A stretch of 64,000 nt of DNA from a bacterium (GCA_963674595.2 CAXXFV010000015.1:256001-320000); one strand, 5' to 3'; positions 1-10,216 are shown, numbered from the stretch's first letter. The notes: generated from the sequence alone by a model not told the origin. Numbers and translations are program-made.

Positions 1-2
1 AC

Positions 3-269
3 CAGTCCATTCAGCCGACAGCCGATATGGATATTTGTTATCTTAAAGGATATTTTGGTGATAAAATTACCCTTTGGGGTGGTGTATCTGTTGAAAAAAT
101 GGTAGGCGGGACCATGGACGAGGTTCGGCAAGATGTTCAACGCGCTATGCAATGTGCAAAACCAGGCGGTCGTTTTATTCTTGGAACCAGTCACTCTATT
201 GCGGTTGGAAGCCAATATGATAATTATATGGCCATGCTGGATGAATATCACAAATTATGTGACTATTAA
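3..269 (+). CDS. UroD/MtaA-CmuA (COG0407) family protein, C-terminal fragment truncated at window start
   Basis: Frame is open from nt 3 (QSIQPTADM...). Family C-terminal motifs LWGGVS...GT..EV and PGGRFILGTSHSI. Confidence 0.8.
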   Translation, partial: QSIQPTADMDICYLKGYFGDKITLWGGVSVEKMVGGTMDEVRQDVQRAMQCAKPGGRFILGTSHSIAVGSQYDNYMAMLDEYHKLCDY

Positions 270-281
270 CCGGAGTTTTCT

Positions 282-1241
282 ATGGACTTTGCCCCGTCAG
301 TTTATGAACATGCTGCTAAAATAATTGACAAAACACCCTGGGAGGTATCCAGAGATGCCGAATTGCTGTTTCAGTCACATAGAGAAGCTTATTTGAAATA
401 TCAACACAAGCCCATTACTGTCGGTATTGATATCTATAATTTGGAAGCTGAAGCCTATGGCGCTGTTGTAGAAAAACCGGATGATACGGGTGTTCCTTCT
501 ATACAAAATCATATTTGCAGCTCTGTGTCTGATATTTTGGCATTACCAGATTTAGATATCGTTACTTCTCGTATAAGCATGATTATTGAGGTTGGCGAAC
601 GATTAAAAAAAGAGTTTCCCCGGGCAGATGTTAGAATACCGGTTAGCGGACCTGTGTCTATAACCGGTACCCTGGTTGGTATGGAAAATCTTTTGATTGA
701 ATCTGCTTTTAATCCAGAAAGTATAAAAGAAGCTTTTGAATTTTTATGTAAGGGGCAGTTAAATTTTTGTAAAGCTGTTACAGATGCTGGACTTGACGTT
801 ACCTTTTTTGAATCTGCTGCTGCTCCGCCTTTATTTTCTCCGGCTCAATTTAAGGATATGATTGCCCCGGTTTTAACTCAATTAATGCAGAACATTTTTA
901 AAATTACTCAAAAACCTGTTGCCTTGATTATTGGTGGGAATACGGAACCAATTTTAGAATCCATTATTGCTACCGGGTCAAAATATGTTATTTGTCCTTC
1001 TGAAACTGACCAAAAAGCTTTTATGGAAAAAATTTGGGACTGTTCTGATATTATGGTACGTATTAATATGGACCCTAAAATAGTTGCCTTTGGAACCTGG
1101 GACGAAATTAAACAGGAAATAGATCGTGTTTTACAAATTGTAAAAGGACGAGATATGGTTTGTTTGGGTTCCGGTGTTCTGCCCTATGAAACACCTGTTG
1201 ATAATGTTTTAAAAATTATTGAATATATGTCTACCTTGTAA
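282..1241 (+). CDS. UroD/MtaA-CmuA family TIM-barrel protein (methylcobamide methyltransferase-like)
   Basis: DIYNLEAEAYGA, SGPVSI, FESAAAPPLFSPAQF and LPYETPVDNV resemble MtaA/CmuA. The canonical HxC zinc motif is absent (LIIGGN). Confidence 0.75.
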   Translation: MDFAPSVYEHAAKIIDKTPWEVSRDAELLFQSHREAYLKYQHKPITVGIDIYNLEAEAYGAVVEKPDDTGVPSIQNHICSSVSDILALPDLDIVTSRISMIIEVGERLKKEFPRADVRIPVSGPVSITGTLVGMENLLIESAFNPESIKEAFEFLCKGQLNFCKAVTDAGLDVTFFESAAAPPLFSPAQFKDMIAPVLTQLMQNIFKITQKPVALIIGGNTEPILESIIATGSKYVICPSETDQKAFMEKIWDCSDIMVRINMDPKIVAFGTWDEIKQEIDRVLQIVKGRDMVCLGSGVLPYETPVDNVLKIIEYMSTL

Positions 1242-1260
1242 CCTAAAAAAGGAGGTTATT

Positions 1261-2472
1261 TTGAATAAAGTATCCATAGCTGTTGTAGCACTCGGAGGAT
1301 ATGGGTTGGTTTACCTTGAAGGTCTTTTAGACAAACCACAGGATGATAATTATGAAATCGTTGGTGGTGTTGACCCGGAACCCGAACGTTGCACGCGGCT
1401 GCAAGACCTGAAAAATTTAAACATACCTATCTATTCTTCACTTGAAGAATTTTACGAAAATCATTCTGCCGACCTTGTTATATTATCTTCACCGATCCAT
1501 TTGCACGTTCCGCAAACGGTTTTGGCTTTGTCAAAGGGAAGTAATGTTTTATGTGAAAAACCGTTGGGAGCAACTATTCAGGAAGCCAGAGAAATGATTA
1601 ATGCTGAAAAGGCCTCCCCCCATTTTGCAGCAATCGGTTATCAATGGTCTTTTACTGATGCTATTCAAAGTTTGAAAAAAGATATTTTGGATGGCGTTTT
1701 AGGGAAACCTAAACTTTTAAAAACTATTGCGCTTTGGCCCAGAAATGAATCCTATTATAATCGTAACAATTGGGCAGGTGGTAAAAGAGATAGTCGTGGA
1801 AACTGGATACTTGACAGTCCGGCTAATAATGCCGTGGCTCATTATCTTCACAATATGTTTTATGTTCTTGGGCCTGACCGGGAATCCAGTGCTGTTCCGG
1901 TTTCGGTAGAAGCAGAATTATATCGCGCCAATAAAATTGACAATTTTGATACTGTTGCTTCCCGAATCATTACAGATAATGGCGTTAAAGTTCTTTTTTA
2001 CGGCGCTCATCCTGTTGATAAACCAAAAGAATATGGACCCTTTGTATCCTATGAATTTGAAAACGCAACTGTTACTTTTGACGGACTTTTTTCCGACTTT
2101 AAAGCTGTTTTTAAAGATGGTTCTGTTAAAAATTATGGAAAGCCGGATGAACAGCAAATCAAAAAAATGTGGGATTGTATTAGCGCTGTTCGTACAGGAG
2201 AACCTGTTGCCTGTGCTTCTCAGGCTGCCAGCTCACAAACGTTGTGTATAAACGGTATGCAGGATTCGACACCGGAAATTATTACTTTTCCCGAGGAACT
2301 CGTTAAAGTTAAAGGCGAACCGGGTACAAGACTGACCTATGTTGAAGGACTTGTTGAAGATTTTATTAATTGTTATGAGAAAAATATTTTACCGAATGAA
2401 GCCGGTATTTCATGGAGTAAAAAGCCGGCCAAGATTGATCTGACTAATTATCAAAAATTCCCAAGTGTATAA
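1261..2472 (+). CDS. Gfo/Idh/MocA family NAD(P)-dependent oxidoreductase
   Basis: Rossmann motif ALGGYG, VLCEKP motif. Start reassigned to TTG at 1261 because GGAGG lies at 1251-1255. Confidence 0.9.
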   Translation: MNKVSIAVVALGGYGLVYLEGLLDKPQDDNYEIVGGVDPEPERCTRLQDLKNLNIPIYSSLEEFYENHSADLVILSSPIHLHVPQTVLALSKGSNVLCEKPLGATIQEAREMINAEKASPHFAAIGYQWSFTDAIQSLKKDILDGVLGKPKLLKTIALWPRNESYYNRNNWAGGKRDSRGNWILDSPANNAVAHYLHNMFYVLGPDRESSAVPVSVEAELYRANKIDNFDTVASRIITDNGVKVLFYGAHPVDKPKEYGPFVSYEFENATVTFDGLFSDFKAVFKDGSVKNYGKPDEQQIKKMWDCISAVRTGEPVACASQAASSQTLCINGMQDSTPEIITFPEELVKVKGEPGTRLTYVEGLVEDFINCYEKNILPNEAGISWSKKPAKIDLTNYQKFPSV

Positions 2473-2477
2473 AAAAG

Positions 2478-2510
2478 AAAAGGCCTGAAATTTTATTTCA
2501 GGCCTTTTTT
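2478..2510. terminator. Bidirectional intrinsic terminator
   Basis: AAAAGGCCTGAAAT-ttt-ATTTCAGGCCTTTT with A and T tails, between convergent genes. Confidence 0.85.
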
Positions 2511-2529
2511 GTATGTATCAATTAGATTG

Positions 2530-4635
2530 TTACTTTATTGAAGTCATAAAAATTAAGAGTGCAATAATAACACCTACCAAAATCCAGCTTCCACCAAAAC
2601 CGTAAATGTCTTGTTTTGAGGGTTTGAGTATTTCCCAATTTGAGCCGGGCCATATTTTGTCCTTTTCAAATTTATCGGGATTATCATAAGAGTCTTGTAA
2701 TGCTTTTTCTTCTTCTTCCTCTGTCGGCAGTACAGGTGTGTGCAGCTTGCCAAAGAACCTGTCCATCCTTTCTTTTTTCACCGGTTTGGTTAAATAAGAA
2801 AGTATAAAAAGAAGGAGGAACGGGAATAACGCATCAAAGAAAAATCGTGTTGACACAAGTTGGGCTTTTGTGAATTTTGTAAAATCAATACCCAGCCATG
2901 ACAAGACCCATATTTCTGCATGAAAACGTCCAATTCCTATTTTGGCTGAATTGGGATCTTCCGGGTTGATACGTGCAACTGTCTCAAAAAAGACACCAGT
3001 CGGTTCAATGGTATGTTGTCTTTCAATCGGTTGACCAACTTTTTGGGCAAGTCCGGCGTCAACATCTTCCTGAAGCGCGCCGATGGTGATCATAACCTGT
3101 TTTGGGCTTGTTTCCAGTAAATAATAATCGCTATATTTTACAGAATCCATATACTGAAAAATATTTGGGATGATAGCATAAATTGTCAGACAAATAAACA
3201 TCTGGATGATAACAGCCCATTTGGTGACCCTTCTCCAAATAAAACCCAGCCAGATGGAGGCACCAAAAATAGCCGGTATAGAAATAAAGTATTTAAAAAG
3301 ATCCAGCAAGTTGCCGACAAAAACTGCCGCCCAGATACCGCCCAATAGGACAACACCAATAATAACTCTACCGACGTTAATGTAATGTTTTTCGCTTTTG
3401 TTGGGTAACAGCGGTTCATAAATATTTTTTATAAAAAGCGCTGAATTTGAAACTGATGTTGCATCCAGGGTTGACATATTGGCTGCTAAAATACCGGCCA
3501 GCATTAATCCGATGGCTCCCGGAACCAGCAGGTCTCTGGTCATAAATCCCCAGATAAGATCCGGGTCATGAATTTGACCGGCATAAAGACCGATGGCTAA
3601 TAATCCTGCCAATGCCCAGAACATCATTAAAAATCTTTTAAAGAACATACCGCCTATCATACCAAAACGTGCCGTATTCTCATTTGTGGCAGAACCGGCT
3701 GTTGCCATCATGGGTGCACTGGCAATGATGGACACAAGGTTAGCGACAATCATGGCAAGGATCGTGTACCAGGCATATTCACTCATGGTTACTGACCCAA
3801 ACAGCTCAAACATATAGTCCGGAACAGAGGCGTGCAGCCCGCTAAATCCTCCTATTTTCATAAGTCCAAGTGGGATCAGTAAAAAGGAAAAGATGATCAT
3901 CAAAATTCCCTGGATCGCATCTGTTATTGCCGCCGCTGTAAATCCTCCAAGCATGGTGTAAATAGCAACAATAATAGCATAAATAAAATAAAAACCGATT
4001 TCATTTGTATGAGAAACAAATGAACGAAGTTCGCCTTTTTTATTTTTTTCGTTGAGGACCTGGTATCGGGCTTCTTGTTCAGGAGACAAGCCAAGTTTTA
4101 ATTCGCTTTTTAAAGTCTGATACTCTTTAAACTCTTCAATACTAACGCGTTCTTCAACAGTACATTGTTCCAATGTTTTAGGTGTTAAGGCCATCATTGT
4201 TTTAGCAGCAACCATATAACCAACGCCGCCTCCGATAAAAGCCATTAAAAGTGTAAATACTGCAAAACTTCCACCTAAAAATTTGCTGTCAAAACGTTCT
4301 GTAAAATAATCACCGATAGTAGTTAACCGAACACGTCTAAAAAACAAAGTTGTAAACCAGTAGAACGGCGTGAGAAATAGGACAAGATATTGTATCCACA
4401 TACCGCCAATTCCTTGTCGGTAAATTTCCCGGGACACAGCAACTGCCTGGTCTGCATTCGTTGAACAGCCAAAGTTTAGAAAAAACTGGTAAAATTTACC
4501 CAGTTTTCTTCCGGCGAGATAAAAGTCTCCGGTGTCTTTAGTTTTCTGACCTGCTCTATGTCCCACCCAAAGAATAAATACAACGTAAATAAGGATGACT
4601 GAGAGGTCAAGGATGTGAAGTCCAAAAATGTGCAT
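2530..4635 (-). CDS. Sodium:solute symporter (SSS) family transporter
   Basis: DFYLAGRKLG, YTMLGG..AAAITDAIQG and AGILAANMSTLD motifs; many TM helices. ATG at 4635 follows GAAAGGGA. Confidence 0.92.
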   Translation of the reverse strand: MHIFGLHILDLSVILIYVVFILWVGHRAGQKTKDTGDFYLAGRKLGKFYQFFLNFGCSTNADQAVAVSREIYRQGIGGMWIQYLVLFLTPFYWFTTLFFRRVRLTTIGDYFTERFDSKFLGGSFAVFTLLMAFIGGGVGYMVAAKTMMALTPKTLEQCTVEERVSIEEFKEYQTLKSELKLGLSPEQEARYQVLNEKNKKGELRSFVSHTNEIGFYFIYAIIVAIYTMLGGFTAAAITDAIQGILMIIFSFLLIPLGLMKIGGFSGLHASVPDYMFELFGSVTMSEYAWYTILAMIVANLVSIIASAPMMATAGSATNENTARFGMIGGMFFKRFLMMFWALAGLLAIGLYAGQIHDPDLIWGFMTRDLLVPGAIGLMLAGILAANMSTLDATSVSNSALFIKNIYEPLLPNKSEKHYINVGRVIIGVVLLGGIWAAVFVGNLLDLFKYFISIPAIFGASIWLGFIWRRVTKWAVIIQMFICLTIYAIIPNIFQYMDSVKYSDYYLLETSPKQVMITIGALQEDVDAGLAQKVGQPIERQHTIEPTGVFFETVARINPEDPNSAKIGIGRFHAEIWVLSWLGIDFTKFTKAQLVSTRFFFDALFPFLLLFILSYLTKPVKKERMDRFFGKLHTPVLPTEEEEEKALQDSYDNPDKFEKDKIWPGSNWEILKPSKQDIYGFGGSWILVGVIIALLIFMTSIK

Positions 4636-4855
4636 AAAGGTTTCCCTTTCGTTAGTTCGCAAATTGATTGGAAATGGATATTAAGGTTTTATAATAAAAT
4701 ATGATTTTTACGCCGTTAGTAATTGGAAATATTGTATTCCAAAATCTTGTTTTTGATAAGCCTTACAAGGTATAAATTTTCGAAATTAAAAACAAATTTT
4801 TTTTAAAAAGTTGACAAAGTACGCGTTTAAGCTACCGGTTACGTAATTTGATTGT

Positions 4856-4884
4856 TTGACATCTTGTCAGGAAATACTTATCTT
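4856..4884 (+). promoter_or_regulatory. Sigma-70-type promoter overlapped by palindrome TGACAtctTGTCA
   Basis: TTGACA (4856) - 17 bp - TATCTT (4879). Inverted repeat at 4857-4869 covers the -35 box. Confidence 0.55.
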
Positions 4885-4935
4885 TTACAGTTTTGGTTTA
4901 CTTTAGTTTTAGTACATAATGAAAGGACTTTTATA

Positions 4936-6519
4936 ATGCCGTGTCCAGAGATTTCCATCAAGACCGGAAAAAAAGAGTTTGATGATTTTATACCTCAAAT
5001 AAAAAAGTTTTTGGAAAAAGACTATCTAGATGTGGTTATTGATTCTCAAAAAATCAGGGGCTATCGTTCACCCGATGCCAAATCCATTTGGATTCGGGAC
5101 CACAGCGATATTATGAGAGGATTTAAATATTTTGAACAGGATATGAAATCAACTGTTCAGCATTTTGCTGATACTCAGGCAGCAAATGGCCGTATTTTCG
5201 ATTATTTTACTGTTTTCCCTGAAAAATTACCTTCTGAACGTGAAAATTGGACAAAGTATGTCCGCGTGCCTGTAGAAGCCGACGTTGAATATCGTTTTGT
5301 CAATGCTGCTTATTTAGCCTGGCAGGCAACAGGTGATGATACCTGGGTTAAGAAACTTTTACCGAGTTTGGAAAGAGCTTTAAATTACACGCTTACACAT
5401 CCTTGGCGATGGGATGAGAAGACACAGCTCGTTAAACGTCCTTATACCATTGACACATGGGATTTTGCCTACACAGCCGGTTCGCATGACTGGCTGCAGT
5501 TTCAGATTGATGATAACACTTTTTGGGGGATTATGCATGGTGATAATAGCGGCTTTTATCAGGCATTTTTGCGTCTTTCAAAGCTCTATGATCATTTTGA
5601 TGAAAAAGGTAAAGCCGGTTACTGGGCAGAAAAAGCCCAGCTTCTTAAAGATCAGGCACAGAAAGTGTGCTGGAATGGTTCCTTTTTTACCCATTTTGTA
5701 AAATTAACACCGGTAACAATTGATGGTGTTGACGAAGCTTCCCAGTTGAGTATGAGTAATCCGATGGATATTAACCGGGGAATGGCTACTCACGAAATGG
5801 CTGTTTCCATTATTAAAGAGTATCAAAAACGAAAAGAAACATCCGGCTCCTTTGCCGAATGGTTTTCCATACATCCTGCTTTCCCTGATAATATTTTCGG
5901 AGATGAATTATTAGTGCCGGGTGCTTATATAAACGGCGGTATATATCCTCTGGTCGGCGGTGAATTGGCAAAAGCAGCCCTGGACCATGGTTTTGAAGAG
6001 TATGGAATAGATATATTAAAACAATATTATAAACTTGTTTCTGAAACCGGTGAAACATTTTTATGGTATTTCCCGGATGGCTCTGCGTCATCCATTGAAA
6101 CCAGCACCAGCCCGGATGCCACGCCAACGGATGGTTGGGGTTCAAGTGCTATGCTTTATGCTCTTGTTGAAGGTTTGGCCGGTATAGAAGACACCTTTAA
6201 ACTTTATCAAAAAGCCAAAATTTCACCTCGCTGGACCGCTGCCGGTGTTTCCGAAGCTCAGGTAGATGTAAGTTATGCGTCCTCTGAAACCGGTATCGGC
6301 TATACATATTTATTAAAAAATGATTCACTGGAATTAATTGTTACGGCATTAAACAGTGATTTGGATTTTCATGTTCTTTTACCAAAAAATAAATCCTGCA
6401 AAAATGTTACGGCCGGAAAGAAAAACGTCTCTTTCTCTGTTTCAACTTGTGAAAACAGCAATTATGTTGATTTTACTTCAACTGTGCAGGAACAAAAACA
6501 AATTGTTATTCATTTTTAA
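4936..6519 (+). CDS. Putative (alpha/alpha)6-barrel glycoside hydrolase/phosphorylase-like protein
   Basis: IWIRD, AWQATGDD.W, YINGGIYP and LVEGLAGI segments are typical of six-hairpin glycosidases. ATG at 4936 follows GAAAGGA. Confidence 0.65.
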   Translation: MPCPEISIKTGKKEFDDFIPQIKKFLEKDYLDVVIDSQKIRGYRSPDAKSIWIRDHSDIMRGFKYFEQDMKSTVQHFADTQAANGRIFDYFTVFPEKLPSERENWTKYVRVPVEADVEYRFVNAAYLAWQATGDDTWVKKLLPSLERALNYTLTHPWRWDEKTQLVKRPYTIDTWDFAYTAGSHDWLQFQIDDNTFWGIMHGDNSGFYQAFLRLSKLYDHFDEKGKAGYWAEKAQLLKDQAQKVCWNGSFFTHFVKLTPVTIDGVDEASQLSMSNPMDINRGMATHEMAVSIIKEYQKRKETSGSFAEWFSIHPAFPDNIFGDELLVPGAYINGGIYPLVGGELAKAALDHGFEEYGIDILKQYYKLVSETGETFLWYFPDGSASSIETSTSPDATPTDGWGSSAMLYALVEGLAGIEDTFKLYQKAKISPRWTAAGVSEAQVDVSYASSETGIGYTYLLKNDSLELIVTALNSDLDFHVLLPKNKSCKNVTAGKKNVSFSVSTCENSNYVDFTSTVQEQKQIVIHF

Positions 6520-6533
6520 AAAAGGATTCTATA

Positions 6534-7829
6534 ATGAAACGTAGATATTTTTTTAAAACATTAGGCTTTTTATCAGGCGGGCTTGCGTTAACAAAAGTAA
6601 ATAAGTCCAGGGCCGCGTTGCCTCTTGAAGAATCTCTTTCAACAGTATCTCCTTTGAGTAAAAAATATTGGGAATTTGTGCGTGATCAGTTTTTACTACC
6701 AAAAGATTATGCTTATTTAAACACCGGCGGCATCGGTGCTTCGCCAATTTCCGTTTTGGATTTTACCCACCAGGTTACGGAAAAGCTGGAACTTAAACCT
6801 CGCCCTGGTCATGGATATGAGGAATGGTTTACAATTAAAGAAAAGTGTGCTGATTTGTTGGGTGGTAATATTGATTTTAAAAATGAAATACATTTTACTG
6901 CATGTACTACTGAAGGGAATAATATTATTATTAACGGTTTACCGTTAAATAAAGGTGATGAAATTATAACAACCACTCATGAACATTCCGGTTTAATCGT
7001 TCCGTTATTAAATAAAGTGCACCGTTTTGGTGTAAAAATTAAAACATTTCATCCTGATATGAAAAATGGACTGGGAAATGTCGACCGAATTGAGAAATTG
7101 ATTAATAAGAAAACAAAGCTTATATTTGTCAGTCATATTACGTGCACGACAGGACAACGTTTACCGGCAAAGGAAATAAGCGAGTTAGGTCGGTCCAGAA
7201 ATGTATGGGTTGCTTTTGACGGCGCCCAGGTTGCCGGTAATTTACCGCTTGATCTCAAAGATATTGATTGTGATTTTTATGCGACCGGTGGTCATAAATG
7301 GGTATTGGGACCCAAACGTACCGGATTTTCTTATGTAAGGAAAGAGTTGCTCGATGTTATGCTACCGACAACTGTCGGCGCTTATTCAGATGGCGGTCAC
7401 GATATCGAAACAGGAGAATTTAAATATAATCCTTCTGCGGAACGCTATGAATGGGCTACACAAAACGAAGCTCTTTATCAGGGAATGGGAAGAGCAATTG
7501 ATTTTTTAAACACAATCGGCATGGAGAATGTTTGGCAGCATAACAAAAATTTGGCCGAAATGTTTTATCAGGGTTTGTCAAAAATTAAAAATGTTGAAAT
7601 TTTATCACATGAACAGGAAGAATACAGAACGCCACTGATCACTTTTAGAGTAAAAGACAAGAATTTTAAAGAGATTGGTTCCTCTTTGGTTGAAAAAGAT
7701 TTACGTGTTCGGGTTGTTACGGAAGCGAACCTGAATGGTATTCGAGTATCATGTCATATTTATAATAGTGAAGAAGAAATTGAAAGACTATTGTCAGAAA
7801 TTAATAAAATTGCAACGAATAAAATTTAA
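6534..7829 (+). CDS. Class V PLP-dependent enzyme (CefD/PvdN-like) with twin-arginine signal
   Basis: N-terminal MKRRYFFK plus hydrophobic stretch. YLNTGGIG, DGAQ and GHKWVLGP (PLP lysine). No SufS/IscS catalytic-Cys loop seen. Confidence 0.85.
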   Translation: MKRRYFFKTLGFLSGGLALTKVNKSRAALPLEESLSTVSPLSKKYWEFVRDQFLLPKDYAYLNTGGIGASPISVLDFTHQVTEKLELKPRPGHGYEEWFTIKEKCADLLGGNIDFKNEIHFTACTTEGNNIIINGLPLNKGDEIITTTHEHSGLIVPLLNKVHRFGVKIKTFHPDMKNGLGNVDRIEKLINKKTKLIFVSHITCTTGQRLPAKEISELGRSRNVWVAFDGAQVAGNLPLDLKDIDCDFYATGGHKWVLGPKRTGFSYVRKELLDVMLPTTVGAYSDGGHDIETGEFKYNPSAERYEWATQNEALYQGMGRAIDFLNTIGMENVWQHNKNLAEMFYQGLSKIKNVEILSHEQEEYRTPLITFRVKDKNFKEIGSSLVEKDLRVRVVTEANLNGIRVSCHIYNSEEEIERLLSEINKIATNKI

Positions 7830-7874
7830 AATTTTCATGTTTTTAAAATTATCTCATAGGAGGATAATATTTTC

Positions 7875-10208
7875 ATGAACATCAAGCAAGCTTTAGACCA
7901 GGTCAAAACAATTCAGTTTTCGGCCTCAGCATTACCTGTTGTAAAAACCTGTGCACGGGAAATTCAAAAAAAATACCCGTCAATTTCTCTGGTTGAAACG
8001 GAATCTAGTATTGTTTCTTCCGGAAATAATACATTAACTATATCAGTTGAAGATGAGTTGTCGTTTAGCGATTTTGATTTGAATAAAGTATCTGAAGAAA
8101 ATTACATCTATTTTCAATTAAATAATGAGGGTTCCGGAAAAATTGTTGCCTCGAAAAAGTATTATCTTTTTGCTTTTGTCAGCCTTTTATTGGAAGACTG
8201 GGCAGAAAAGGATGTTGACGCTTATAAAAACGGTAAAGTTATTCCGCCGGCGTTTACATGGCAACGAGTTAGTTATGATTATTTTATTGCACAGGAAGGC
8301 CGAATTCAAAGAAAACTTGACCGCGAACTTTATATTCGCGAATTAGCGCGAATGGGTTTTACACATATCGAAGTAAATGGTATGGCAACACCTATGGGCT
8401 TTGAACCCGGCCCCAAAGGTGAAATTTTAAACATGTTTTTTACTTATTGTGCGGCGCTCGACCAGTTTGTTTACAGCAAACTCAACAAAGGTTTATACCC
8501 CACTTATATTTTGTCTGCAAATATGAGAAACCTGAAACACAATACTGATTTAGCGACAAAATATGGTCTGGTTCCCGGATTCACAAGTTTTGAACCCCGA
8601 TGTGTTCCTGAAGAGTTTTTTAACCGATACCCCATGCTGCGGGGTGCCAGGGTAGACCATCCGTTCCGCAGTTTAAAACCGCGATACAATATGACCACAA
8701 CGCATCCCAAGGTTTTGGAACACTATGCGGAAATGGTTTCCAAACTGGTTCAGGAAATCCCGGAACTGGGATTTATAACCGTATGGTCTAATGACAGTGG
8801 CGCTGGTTTTGAACATACAAAGTCGTTGTATGTCGGACGTAACGGCGGCGCTTATATGATCCGGGAATGGAAAAGTGATGAAGAAATTGGCCGATTGGCC
8901 GGTGAAAATGTTATCCGTTTTCTGAGAAATTTGCAGGTTGCCGGTTCTAAAGTCAATCCGGATTTTAAAGTGTTAACACGTATGGAATCCTTTTATGGCG
9001 AACACGATACGGTTTGGAATGGTTTCGGAGACGGGTTGGAAGTGGAAACCGCTTCGCTGGTAGCAAAAGGATGGGCCATGCCTTACAAACATCCTAAATA
9101 TGAAGACAATGACTCTATTAACGCCGGTACAATTTATCAACTGGATTTTGATGAAAGAGAAAAGCAACACATCAAAGACCTGCAAAATCGAAATGCAAAC
9201 GCGCATTATTATTTAACCGTTGGACCGCATATTTGTTTTAATCCGCTGTTGGGCGTTCCATACCCGTCATTGACTTTTAAGCGCATCAGTCTTTTAAAGG
9301 AAAATGGTGTGAGCCATTTGGCCCATCAGGGCGGAACCCAACCACCAAATCTGGTCCCTTTTAATATTAATCATGAAATTACAAAACTCTACCAATACAA
9401 TCCGGATATGGATATTGATACGGAAATTAATCGTATAGCAGTAAAGTGGGCCGGTGAGAAATATGCAAAAGATTTGATTAAAGCCTGGAGAGAAACCGAA
9501 GAAGCATTACTTTCGTTCCCCAATTTGATTGGTCTTTATGTATGCTATGGATTTGCCTGGTATAGAATGTGGGTAAGACCGTTTGTTCCCAATATGGAAG
9601 CTGTTTCCGATGAAGACAGGGCTTTTTATGAAGATTTTATCTGTACCGTACCTCATAATCCGAATAATGTTGATATAAGCCGCGATGTATTGTTTCAACT
9701 GACAACGGCTGAAAAATCTAAAGTTGTTTTGCAGCGTATTGATACAAATCTGTGGACGCCGATGCAAAAGGCAATTGACATACTGGAAGCAGTTGTTGAT
9801 AATGCCACAAAAGACCTTGGTGAAAACAATGTTATTTATGATCAGTTAATTCGTTTAAAAGCTCTCAAATGCTGGATGATGACACAGCGCAATATTGCTA
9901 CATGGATCACCGGTGTTCATGGCTATATGCAGGCAAAAACTGATTCTGAGAAAAAAGAAAATCGTGAATTGGTTAAAGAAATGATTGAAAAAGAAATCGC
10001 CAATACTAAAGAATTGAAAGAATTATGGACCTCTTCCGGTATTGAATTTATGTCTGTTACGGACAAGGGCGAAAATCAATTGGTTTATGGTGACAATATG
10101 GGCGATCTGTTTGATAAACGTATTGCCGTTATGAAAAAACATATTAATGATGAACCCTTTATCGATCCGAATTATATGGAACGCAAAGCCGGTGAATTAT
10201 TAGGATAA
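7875..10208 (+). CDS. Hypothetical 777-aa protein, possibly a glycoside-hydrolase-like barrel
   Basis: Long ORF with strong AGGAGG RBS. ELYIRELARMGFTHIEV and WSNDSG resemble GH20/67/115-like architectures only weakly. Confidence 0.55.
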   Translation: MNIKQALDQVKTIQFSASALPVVKTCAREIQKKYPSISLVETESSIVSSGNNTLTISVEDELSFSDFDLNKVSEENYIYFQLNNEGSGKIVASKKYYLFAFVSLLLEDWAEKDVDAYKNGKVIPPAFTWQRVSYDYFIAQEGRIQRKLDRELYIRELARMGFTHIEVNGMATPMGFEPGPKGEILNMFFTYCAALDQFVYSKLNKGLYPTYILSANMRNLKHNTDLATKYGLVPGFTSFEPRCVPEEFFNRYPMLRGARVDHPFRSLKPRYNMTTTHPKVLEHYAEMVSKLVQEIPELGFITVWSNDSGAGFEHTKSLYVGRNGGAYMIREWKSDEEIGRLAGENVIRFLRNLQVAGSKVNPDFKVLTRMESFYGEHDTVWNGFGDGLEVETASLVAKGWAMPYKHPKYEDNDSINAGTIYQLDFDEREKQHIKDLQNRNANAHYYLTVGPHICFNPLLGVPYPSLTFKRISLLKENGVSHLAHQGGTQPPNLVPFNINHEITKLYQYNPDMDIDTEINRIAVKWAGEKYAKDLIKAWRETEEALLSFPNLIGLYVCYGFAWYRMWVRPFVPNMEAVSDEDRAFYEDFICTVPHNPNNVDISRDVLFQLTTAEKSKVVLQRIDTNLWTPMQKAIDILEAVVDNATKDLGENNVIYDQLIRLKALKCWMMTQRNIATWITGVHGYMQAKTDSEKKENRELVKEMIEKEIANTKELKELWTSSGIEFMSVTDKGENQLVYGDNMGDLFDKRIAVMKKHINDEPFIDPNYMERKAGELLG

Positions 10209-10216
10209 TTAAATAT

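Noticed and set aside
6534-7829. Cysteine desulfurase SufS/IscS
   Set aside because: It lacks the RxGHHCA or SSGSAC catalytic-Cys loop and carries a Tat leader.
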